Part shown: positions 37,995 to 49,400 of the stretch, piece after piece | Numbering within the stretch: the first letter of the stretch is position 1 | Layout of the letters: the number at the start of each line of letters is the position of its first letter | Source: Proteromonas lacertae | Lineage: Eukaryota | Assembly (NCBI GenBank): GCA_002245135.1 | Contig: NGBS01000009.1 | Span: 124,001 to 180,287 of the forward strand | Reading direction: 5' to 3' | Length of the DNA: 56,287 nt | Program-made: the position numbers and the translations under genes | The notes under the pieces: model-generated | Told to the model about the DNA's origin: nothing | Seen by the model: the letters and a program-made list of their open reading frames with translations, nothing else | The model's database searches: none

Positions 37995-40627
37995 TTAATG
38001 TTTTTTATTATTATATTCAGCATCAGCAATTATTTTTAACCATTCTTTTATTGTGTTATTGAGAGAAAACTTCTCATTTACCCATTTTTTCATTTCAATT
38101 CTTTTCTCTGTTAAATTCATATTTACAGCTTCAATTATCTTATAAGCATATTTTTCAAGGAAGTCATTTCTATCACTACCTTCTTCGCAACCAAGATCAA
38201 ATTCTTTGGTGATTTCTGGAATAACAGAGTGTTTATATAACGATGTTATTGGAATACATCCGTATGACATTGCTTTTAAACATGTTATACATCCTACTTC
38301 AGGATATGAAGTTGGATATAATAGAAAACCTGATTTAGAAAAGAATATACTCAATTCATCTTGATTTGCACCACCATGCAATATAACTCCAGGTGTAGTA
38401 TGCAAAGTATACAAAAAATAATTTATGATATCTTCTTTAGTGTCTTTTTTTAAATATTCAACATAATTCTCGTGAAAACCATAAAAGACATGTAATTCAG
38501 AGTTTGGAATCTTTACATGAATATATTTCCATATCATTAGAATAGAATCTAATCCTCTACTTGGTTGACTTGCATAAACGAATATATTATTCTTATTCAT
38601 CAAAGGTAAATCTAAACGATTCGTATATAATTGAACATTTATTAAATAGCTCTACAGAATATAGTATTAATTATAAATAAATACTTTATTGTGATATATC
38701 TCATTTATTAACGATTTATGAAATTCACTTTGCACAATTATATAATCAATGTAAGAATTAACCCATGTTAAATTTCTCATCCATTTTGGTTCATCTTTAA
38801 GCCATATTACTGTTTTATATTTTCTATCTTCCTCCACTAAATAAAAGCCATAATAAGAACGAAATATTATAAACAACAGTAAATTTTTAATACCATTTAA
38901 TGGAAGCTTTAAACATTCAATTGGATACCATACTATACAACCGCCTGATTCAGTAAATACTGATCTGACAGTTTTATTTTACAATAGACTTCTACCCAAT
39001 AACCTAATTCTCCTAATTTCTATACAAAAAAAAAATACTATTTAGTATACATTAGTTACTTCTATTAATGATTCTTCAGATCCTCCCAAAAATCCTCCTA
39101 ATGCACTTGGTCCAAAAGGCTGGAACCAAATAGTATTTTCTGTTACATAAAATATTAATAACTGTTTATCATCTGGTATTTTTATTCTGATTTTATATAA
39201 ACAAAAATAATTATATTCATTTTCAATGGCATATGGAATCATTGCTGTGTATTTATTTGGATATATAATGTCATTTACTCTAATATTCAAATCATATAAA
39301 TATGTATATATTACTGTAACTAAAGGAAATAGTTCTATTACTTTTTTCAATCTATAATATTATATATATTCATTTTTTAATACGAATTTTTATTTTTCAA
39401 ATATAGATATTTTACTTTTGTAATCAAGTCTATGTATTTATGGGTTTTACTTTCTTCAACATTATCAATAAATGATGAATAATATTGAAATCCACTAGAA
39501 TATGATAATTTGGAAGTATAATTAACCATATCACAGTATAACTCATAATCTAGACTATTCATAAAATGGGTATTTAATTGTTGTTTTACTTGATCACAAT
39601 TCTCTTTTCTTTTTTCCAACATACATAATAAAGATGTATATATATACACTAATTTACTATCTGAATTTTCTGTTATATTCACAATACTTATAAATAACTC
39701 ATAAACTCTTGGATTGTTGTAATTTGATGCATGTAACAATCTTACAAACATATTCTCTGCAATATAAGACTGTGGATTTATTTTTGTATATTTATAAAGA
39801 CAATCATACAATAAAACCTCGATAGATGGTAAAGATATAAAACTGTGCGAATTTGTGTTTACAGAAATATATTTCATTCTTAACGAAGATTCATTTATCA
39901 ATTTTAATTCTTCTTTTATTTTTGTATCTATAATCTGATGATTGATATACTTCTTTTGATTAAATTGATATGATTGAGATGATAAATACTTTGCCAAATC
40001 AATCTGTAAATTCAATACTGCATTTGGATATAATTCTAATGTATTTATTGTTAGATATAACTCTTTAAATGAATTACAGTATAGAATTCCCTTTTCTACA
40101 TTAATATGTTCTGAAGTGATTAAAACAGTTGGAATTCCAATCCATAACACATTTTTATTCACTTCATCTGTTATAAAAAGGCATGATATCCTAATAACTT
40201 CATTAAATTGGAATAATATTTCTTTATCTATGGCACATACAATAGATGATTGAAGTATAGAATGAAATTGGTATTTGTAATATAATATCACAATATAATT
40301 ATTTCTGAAAAACATATTTTTTATTTTTTCTGTGTTTAATTCATTATTAAAATTAATTACTATTAAATGATTTCTTTTAAAAGTAATATCATTAGTATAA
40401 TATCTCTTCATAAAGAGATTTTTATGAAATTGTCTACATCTATTAGAAACTCCACAATATGGTTCTATATTAGATACTAGCAAATTTTCTTTCAATCTTG
40501 ATATTTGATTGCCATTTTCAACTTCAATTATTTCTGAATTGTGAATTTGATATAAATTATTTAAAGTTTTAGAAAGCACATAACTTTTTAAATACATAAT
40601 AATTATTATTAATGGTAAACAATACAT
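37995..40627 (-). CDS. GT-B fold (GT4-like) glycosyltransferase with a hydrophobic N-terminus and a long N-terminal region
   Basis: FLGGSEESLIEV, YASQPSRGLD and LLYPTSYPEVGCITCLKAMSYGCIPITS. Three short introns (~39383, ~39050, ~38684). One -1 break near 38980. Confidence 0.78.
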
Positions 40628-40793
40628 AAATAATACAAAAATTGAGTTTAAAATATCAAGCCAGAATCAAGTCTATATAACAACCATTGATAGATAACAT
40701 TAATACTAACAAATTCAAAGAAGAATTATTTAATTAAGACAATAAAAAACATACTCACAAAATAATATATACTTAATTAAAATGAAGTAATTA

Positions 40794-41564
40794 TTACTGT
40801 TCTTTATCTGTTTTAACACAGCATGTAGCAATTAGCACAATTACCTAGGATGAATCATATAATATAAATTATACTTCTATAGCCATTACTATAAAAATAA
40901 AAGCCACAACTGGATTAGTATATTGTTTCAACTCATCGACTATATTTTTTTTCATATCATCAAATGAAGTAATATTATTACATAAACTAGGGAAAAATTC
41001 ACACTATTTCATTAAATAATGAAATATTGTATATACAGATGATTTTGCTGAAGTTATATTATTACAACAAGCATAATATGTAGCATTAACACCTTTATCA
41101 AATGTATCTCGTATATCATCCATAGGCCAAGCTATTAAGTGAATATAAAGGTTATATATTATATATATACTGTCTGAACTGAATTCATCCATTACTACCA
41201 TTATACTCAAAGCAAAGAATAACTCAACGATAAGCAACAGAATAATAGCGATTGTGTACACAGTTAAAAACATGCACTTAACACATTTGCAACACAAATA
41301 AGAGGCCATACCAACAACTGCTAGTAAAAATATGAATAAGCCAACCGCAATAACGACTGTTCCTAAATCTTTAGATAAAAGGTCTGTTCCTACATTGCCA
41401 GCACAATATAACAAAACTATTCCTAATGCTGCTACTATTAACCCAACAATCTATTCAAAAATAAATGAATCTGACTATAAATACGATCAAAACGGTGTTA
41501 ATAACACCTAGTGCGAATTTTAGCATACAACAACACCTATTCAAAATAAAAATATCATATACAT
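40794..41564 (-). CDS. Tetraspanin-like four-pass membrane protein
   Basis: Spliced it reads MCCCMLKFALGVINTVLI-IVGLIVAALGIVLLY...VIAVGLFIFLLAVVGMASY...FLTVYTIAIILLLIVELFFA...YYACC...VVAFIFIVMAIE-VIVLIATCC. Five short introns; stop TAA at 40796-40794. Confidence 0.85.
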
Positions 41565-41767
41565 TTTTATGTGTAAATTTACGAAAGATTAAAAAAATAA
41601 AACTGATAATATAGCCGTTTCTCAAAATTGTCAAAATAATGTTTATATTTAATTTTTGTTTTGTTTTGTAATGATATTGTCAAACGATTAGTATATTAAA
41701 TGAATATTCATAAAAAGTGTTATTAAAAGTACATTTATACTAATCACATAAATCCTTTTATCCCTAA

Positions 41768-43090
41768 CTAATATGATCTGACACCCAAATAATATTCTCT
41801 CCACTTCTTTAAACAACAAAATGCGCAAGTATTCTGTCTCTTAATTTCACCTCTTCCATTGAATTTTAAGAATTTGCTATAAGGTGCAAGATGCTTACAT
41901 CTACCGCATTTCAACAACACAGTCGAATAGATTGCCCAGTCAGCAAGATGATTTGGAGCAACTTTCATTGAACACTCTCTACATAAGAATGAAGTATGGT
42001 GTAAAAAACAATCTGCTTTAATTACACCTCTTTTACATCCTTTACAATACACTTTATCTCTAGTCGATTTGTAGAATGAAACAATCTCTTGTAATAATTT
42101 TTCTTTTCTATCTTTTTCATCTGGTAATATTTGAATGATTTCTTGAGGGTTACTGGAGTATACAATAAGTTCATCGAAACGATCATCATATAAACCTCTA
42201 AACACTTCATCTGTAACGACTAAATGAAGCTCAGAGTAAGGGATTCTAAAATCAGAGGAATTTCTCTTAAGATTTGATTTTTTATAAGGGGATGATCTTA
42301 AACTGTTCTGTGTAATTTCATAATCAGATGCAGTTGGAGATGACGGCTCATTGTCTAGCCCTGGTGATGATGGTGAAGAATTTGGCTTATATGATGTAAC
42401 AGGTGATGATAATAATGCTGATTGAGTTGTTTTATAGGATGATAATACATCTTCTTTTGGTTTAACTTGTTGTACAGTGTTATTACTACCATCTAATGAA
42501 ATATTCATATATTCATAATTCATATCTACTGATTTTATATGATCAGGATTGTCAATGTGTGTATAATATTCCCTTTTGTCTTTTTTATTACAACATCCTA
42601 TTGATGATTGAAAATACTTTGGAGCTGAAACAACTAACGGTGTTTCTATTATTATCTTACCATCAAATACATTTTCATTTACAGAAGGATTTTCATCTAT
42701 GGATATTGCACCAGTAATTATAAATATGAGGTTTGGTAAAGCATTTTTGAAGTTATAAATTTTAATTATGCTCTCTCTACATAAATGACATAGTTCCTGA
42801 AGTGTGACACATCCATTACTGTTCACTGTTAAGAATGAAGTAATTGGTTGTTTCTTTGAGCAATATTCACACAATTTGTAGGTGCCATTATTACTTTGAT
42901 ATACTTTAGATAAGTGATTCTGTATCATACAATCTGAACAAATAAAATCACCTGAAACTAACGAAAACGCGCTTCTTCTTACTCGCATATAGCACTTACT
43001 ACACGTAATAAAATGCCTATCATATGGTATGTTTTCTGGTTTATTGTTTAAAGGACTAATGTGACCATTTGATGAGCTCAACATTTGCAT
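41768..43090 (-). CDS. Uncharacterised protein with four CxxC...CxxC zinc-ribbon-like units flanking a Ser/Pro-rich linker
   Basis: 440-aa open frame with CSKC/CSDC, CEYC/CHLC, CKGC/CREC and CGRC/CAFC. Possible 5'-UTR intron near 43127-43101. Confidence 0.75.
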   Translation of the reverse strand: MQMLSSSNGHISPLNNKPENIPYDRHFITCSKCYMRVRRSAFSLVSGDFICSDCMIQNHLSKVYQSNNGTYKLCEYCSKKQPITSFLTVNSNGCVTLQELCHLCRESIIKIYNFKNALPNLIFIITGAISIDENPSVNENVFDGKIIIETPLVVSAPKYFQSSIGCCNKKDKREYYTHIDNPDHIKSVDMNYEYMNISLDGSNNTVQQVKPKEDVLSSYKTTQSALLSSPVTSYKPNSSPSSPGLDNEPSSPTASDYEITQNSLRSSPYKKSNLKRNSSDFRIPYSELHLVVTDEVFRGLYDDRFDELIVYSSNPQEIIQILPDEKDRKEKLLQEIVSFYKSTRDKVYCKGCKRGVIKADCFLHHTSFLCRECSMKVAPNHLADWAIYSTVLLKCGRCKHLAPYSKFLKFNGRGEIKRQNTCAFCCLKKWREYYLGVRSY

Positions 43091-43362
43091 CAACTGCTAA
43101 CCGCTATTTATAAATAATTATAACGACCTGTTGGATATTTCAGTAAAGAAATCAACAAGATAAGTAAATTTGAAAAAGATGAAATATAAATAATTTTGAT
43201 TGGTTTTTCTATAAAAACCTCAAAAAACACTAACTTCAATTCTTTCACCATCATTTTATAACCTCATTGAATATTTCATCTTTGATTATTATGCGTATGT
43301 TATTTTACTATTAGTGCAAGAGATAAGAATCACGAAAAAGAATAAGTAAAAATAAAAAAAAC

Positions 43363-44096
43363 TTAAGCATCGTTACAATTATATCCAAGAACTTTACTAA
43401 TTCTTCCAAAAATAAGCTCTTTCCATCCATTTTCAGTATTTTCAACAACTGTTGGATTTTTATATGCATCTTGTATAGGAACTCCGGTTTGAGTCATTTT
43501 TACATCAATTTGACCCTCTTCTATAGTTGTTAATGTGATTGTAACCATTGAATATACTGTCTCAACCCATTCCTTTTTTCTCCATTTCATTACCAATTTA
43601 TTAGGTTTATCCTATGAATAATATTATATTTATACTATTTCAACAAATTCACCGATAATAGCACCATCATACATAGATATACCTCCTCCCACACATAGAT
43701 TTACTTCAGCTGGAGATTGCGTATATGACTACATTATAAGCAACAATATATCTCTTACAGTTATGATTTTAGAGGAAGTAAAAGCTTCCCAGATGTCTTC
43801 AGCATGAGCATCAATTATTTTTTCAATAGTAATTCCACCACATTCTACTTCATCTGAAGGTTTTGAGAAACAAGAGAATTTTAGTACTGACTTGGCAGCT
43901 TTTGGTGATAGCTTTTTACACTCTAATTTATGTCCGTTCTTCCAATGCTTACTTTGGCATTCCCTATTATTTACATAAATCTAATTATTTTTAAATACTT
44001 TGAACAGTAGTAAGCTGCTTTACATTGAGAGCATCTCAAAAATGGTTTATCTCCTTCAACATTTTCACAGCCGGGATTAGAACACTTTCTAGCCAT
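43363..44096 (-). CDS. zf-MYND fused to an Aha1 C-terminal (AHSA1/START-like) domain
   Basis: Spliced (3 introns of 24-36 nt) it reads MARKCSNPGCENVEGDKPFLRCSQCKAAYYCSKECQSKHWKNGHKLEC...AEDIWEAFTS...SYTQSPAEVNLCVGGGISMYDGAIIGEFVEIDKPNKLVMKWRKKEW...MTQTGVP...ENGWKELIFGRISKVLGY. Confidence 0.88.
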
Positions 44097-44176
44097 TAAA
44101 AAAGAAAATTCTATTGAAGTTTCGGTTTGACTGATTCAAGCTTTTACACACAATTAAAAAAAACAAAGCATTACAA

Positions 44177-46127
44177 CTACAATTTAATGTCATTGACTTG
44201 TTTAATAAGTTTTTCATACTCGACTTTTACTTCTGCAGATAAACCTTCACATTCCAGACCTTTATTTATTATATCTAAACATTCTTTTCTATCATCCTCA
44301 CTTTTCACTAAATAGTATTTGATAGAAGCATATTTCAGATATTCTGTAGACATTTCCACAGATTTTTCACCGTAATGCTTTTTAGCACAATAGAAAGACT
44401 CAGATACAATATCAAAAGCTTCCTGATAATGCCCCCATTTAGAAAGTCTAATTTATTTAATTATAGGTATATATATACACAAATCCTAATTCATCACACG
44501 TATTTGCCACTCCATATGATAATGGGTTAATAAACGTCTTTAAATTTTCCAATCTTTTCAATATCATGTGATAAATATCATCATCATATTCTATTATATA
44601 CTATAACAACACATATATAAATACTATTTGATAGAATTGATAATAGATTAGTTATATCTTGATTATATTCTTTTAATTTACTATGCAGCTTTTCTGTTGA
44701 AAATTGTTTATTGCATTGACAACAATACGCTTGATTAAACTCCAATGGATCACAAAATAAAGGAATATGGCAATTATCACATAGATATTTTATTTCTGTC
44801 AATTTTTCCTCACCTATAATGAATAAAGAAATGATAAAAATATTTATTTTATACTTGGTTTTACACATGCTTTACATGTACATTCAAAATTATATTCATT
44901 ATACAATAAATGCTTTCTTCTCATAGAACTAACAACATTTTGAACTGTTGGTCCATACGATATTGTCATTTCTATATCTTTTTCTACATCATTCAATACA
45001 ATTACACTTACACAATTATTATTGTATGATAACATACAATTTGGATCACAGTCATGATTTATATATGAAGTCATATTATATAATCCTATTCCTAATTCTA
45101 CAGTATTCATTTGAACCATTGATTCACTATTGAACATTGAATAAATGTTTATTTTTTGATGATTATATAGGACTTTGTAATAATAAACTAAAAAATCATC
45201 AATTGATGGAATATCTCCTTTTAATATTGATTTATCTATTGTTTTGATATATTTATCAATAGTGGCTTTTACTCTTTCTAATCTGTCCAATTCTTTAGGT
45301 AATTCACAGTATAAATTGTTGATTCTTTCTGAATATTCTATATTTTCTATAAAATAAAATGAAAAAATGTTTAAAATTATACTCTGATTATAATAATATA
45401 ATGATAAAGCCAAATGACAAATAGTAAGAAATATATCATTCTTTATTACATAAGAAAAACATAAATGAGAATTTTTACTTTTATTTAAACATTCAATACT
45501 ACAATAACCATAGAAACAATTACTACAATAAAATCGATTATTAGTAAACATCCCACAACAACTACAATATTCTTGAAAATGGTTTGTTTGAATAAATAAC
45601 ATTGGATTTTCTTCAATTATAACTGTATTCTTCTTGATTTCTTTTGTTATGACTATTCCTTTTCCTTTATTCTCAATATCTGCTACATTTATATCATTAC
45701 ACACAATTTCACTTTCGTTGATTATATTTTGTTTGATCTGTTGTAATTTATTTCTATTTTCGTCGTTAATAAATTCTTTTGTCAATAAATCTTCAATATA
45801 TTTTGAATATGATGAAGGAAGTGATTCTAGTTGCGCTATTACCTTTAACAATTTATACTGGTATTTTTCACTGGATGGATTGTATGTTACAGAATAATAT
45901 AAATCCAAAAATGCAGCAACATAATGTTTTATGTTATAAAGGGATGTACCACGATTTGATAAAGTAATTGATAGAATATCATAGTTTTTTTCTTCAACAG
46001 ACAATAATTCCAGCATCTGACTATACTCATTGATTGCTTTTTTATATTTCTTGTGAGCAAAAGAATCATTACCACTTGATTTTATTTCCATAATGTAATC
46101 TATATTGTTGAAATTATCTTTCACCAT
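44177..46127 (-). CDS. TPR + split SET/MYND + TPR-like lysine methyltransferase (SMYD family, SMYD4-like layout)
   Basis: TPR KSSGNDSFAHKKYKKAINEYS...LSNRG; ENKGKGIV; MYND CSCC..CSNC..YCSIEC; SYINHDCDPNC; EMTISYG; post-SET YNFECTCKAC. Four short introns, including a stop-free 36-nt one at ~45382-45347. Start placed at ATG 46127 (uncertain). Confidence 0.9.
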
Positions 46128-46490
46128 AATATGTTTATCTTTGAAAAGAAAAAAGCAAAAGAGTAAATTATGTAATTTTTGGTAATTTATAGTAATTGAC
46201 ATGTCAAAATGTCTTTTCATTTTGAATTAGTATCTCTTCGATGTGGAATTGATGTTTTAATTAACATATTACATATAGTTATTATTATAATGTAAAATAT
46301 CACTTTACACCATTTCTAAATTATATGTAAATAACCTCTTTATATTGATCATTTTTATTAATTAAAGTTTTATTGCATATTTCTATATGCAGAGACATAA
46401 TTATTTTCTTTAATTACATGCTCATTGATTAGAAAATTGAATTTTGGTAAAAACACAAATGTAATTTACTTAATCTGTAATTATTGAGAA

Positions 46491-49400
46491 ATGAATTTCA
46501 GATTTACCACTGTTCTGCTTCTGATATTTGCTTCTTGCTGTTACTGTATTCATTACTTTTTAATCATTGTATAGGCAAGTCCTTCAAAGCTGAAATTACC
46601 GCTGATAGCCATGGACCTTTTGGAGAAAAACAATTACCTATCAAGATCAGAGTTGTATTTGAATAGTATACATTTCTTTCAATTACTTTTTACATAGTGC
46701 TGTTGTTGATTTACCAAAAGAAGGTTTAGTTGGTGCAAATTGGACAATTGGTAATATTGCTGCTTCCGAAGATAACATGACATTTACTGTAGATTTAACT
46801 CCAGTAAACAAGTTAATATGGGGTGAAAGTCCAATTTATTTGAAAGAAGGAGCTTGTAAAAGAAGTGCCGAAAATCACACTGAAGAAAGTAATTCTCGTT
46901 CAAACACGTTTTACATTTCTTATGGTTCAACAGTGGAAGATGATTGGATGGATTGTTTTCATATAAAGAGTTTTCATCCAGAATATCGTAGTGGTTTATA
47001 TTACATAACCTTTCAAAATACTCGTAAAGCTGGTTTAACTTATTGTGATCAAGAAACAGCAGGTGGTGGTTGGACATTGTTTTATGCAAATGCTGCTTAT
47101 CATAATATGACAAAGAAGAGGAGTTATAATGAATATATGCAAGATCGAAAGAATGATAACTTAGCTGATTTAAGTAAATATGGTTATCACAGTAAAGAAT
47201 TAGGAGGAATGTTAGATTTTGATGAATTAACTTCATTCTATTCGTTGATGGGAAAAGATATTGGTGGTAGATGGAAAAGCAATGAATATGCGATAATGGT
47301 ATTTCCATCTAATTTTGTATTACAAGAATTCTTAAAACATACACTAGTAAGTGGTAATGAATGTAGTCAAATGCCAAATGGTGAATCATTTACTTATCGT
47401 AATAGTAATGGAATGGAATATAAATTTGATTCGTTAAAGAATTATAATGGTCAAGGATATGGTTGGCAAGATTGTATGTCTGAAAAACCACCAGAAACAC
47501 CAGGTTCCAATGTAGAGAATTGTCCAAGACATGTATTATATGCAATTAATGATAAAAGTGATAATATGAGAGTTCGTGGTATATTTGGTTTTATTGGTGA
47601 TGATGAAAGTGCAACTGCTCGATATTTTGTAAGACCTCGTCGAGATTTACAACCACCAATGCCTGTATTATCCTCTAATACTGGTAATCCAGCTACAATA
47701 GTTCCAATAACAGTGACATTGACATTTAGTGAAGTTGTATTTGGAATGAATGCAACTGGAATTGAATGTTTACATTGTAAAGTTTATAATTTTGTAAAAT
47801 CTCCAATAAATGATTATACATATGTATTTGATGTTCATCCAACGAAATTAGAAAATGTGACAATTGGAATAGTTGTAAAAGAAGGTGTTTGTGAAGATAT
47901 GGATCATTTAAAGAATGAAGCTAGTCTTCCATTGAATTATTCATTAACTGGTGATTTTTATTTATTAAAATATGCTCAAAATCCATTAAATCAGAGTTTT
48001 GGATATTGGTTAAATAGTTGGAGATCAAAAGATGTGAGTTATTTATATGGAACATTTGGAATTCAAGCAAGTGGTCATTTCCGAATTGGTTTATCTGCAA
48101 GTAAAGGCATAAGTCATCCCATGTTAATATTAGATATTGGTGATGGAAATAATCGTCAAATTCATAAAATAATTCATACAAATGCTGATGGTAAAGAAAG
48201 TATCTTAGCTCAAAAAGAATATGATTTGAAAATCACAAGTTATGATTATTCTAAAATCTTCTTCATCTATAATTATGGTCAAATAGCAATTGGTTTAGGT
48301 GACAATATAACCAGTAAAGCTGTAATAGAATATAGTTGTCAAGATGCTGAGAAAGTAAAAGTGAAATATGCTTCTTATGGTTCAAGTCCAGTATCTGGTA
48401 TTGTTTATATGTATCCTTCCATTGGTCCATTAGATGATGGTGCTGAATTCACAGTAAAATTAAACACCAGTGCTCCAACTCCAGCTTTTGAACCATTTTA
48501 TGTAACCTTGGTATTTAGTCGAAATGTATTGACATTATCTAAAAGTGGAATAGTTGCAAATGATAAAGGTGATTGGTTATCTGATTTAGAGAAGATTACT
48601 GATCGAATTTATATATTCAAAGTATCTCCAGAAGTAACAAGTGATACATCAATTACAATAATGGTAAAAGCTGATGCTGCTTTGAGTGTAGATGGAGCTA
48701 AATCTAAAGAATCATTACCATTAGTAATAGCTTATCGTTCATCAAAAATAACAGCCAAATTAACACCTGAATGTCCAGAAAGTGGTTATGTTGTAGTTCC
48801 AATGACAGTAACACTTACATTTAATAGAAATATTGTTGATTTTACTATAGATAAAATTGCCACATATTCAAGTAGTAAAATGATTGAAAACTTTCATGGT
48901 AAAGATAGAACTTATACATTTGATATTGTTCCATTTACTGAATTTGCTTCTTTTTATATAAATAGAGATTCAATACATGATGAAGCAGGACAATCAAATG
49001 AACAACTATTTTACATTATCCTATTTGGTGCTGTACAAAATTATACAATGATTCAATATTTTATGATTTTCCATTATGGTTAGATGGTTGGTCAACTAAT
49101 GAAGTAGGAACAATAAATGGTGAATTTAAATTAAGAACAATACAAAATTTTTATATTGGTTTATCTACCTCAAAAAGTGATACATCAAATAGATATGAAT
49201 TTGCTTTAGGTTTTCCATCAAAGAATTCTTCTGAATTTACATTAAATTCTGTTATAAGATATTATGAAGGTAATAAAAAAGTTTTAAAATCAGTTGATAA
49301 AGCAATATTTTCACCTGGCAAATGGAGAAATGTGAAATTTTATGTAGATGAAGGAAATTTGACATTATTAGTGGGTGATGAGACATTAATAAGTGCTATA

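Noticed and set aside
49033..49083. Possible GTA...TAG intron explaining the frame break
   Set aside because: It is 51 nt, keeps the wrong frame and hits a stop; the skipped sequence encodes repeat-like YDFPLWLDGW.
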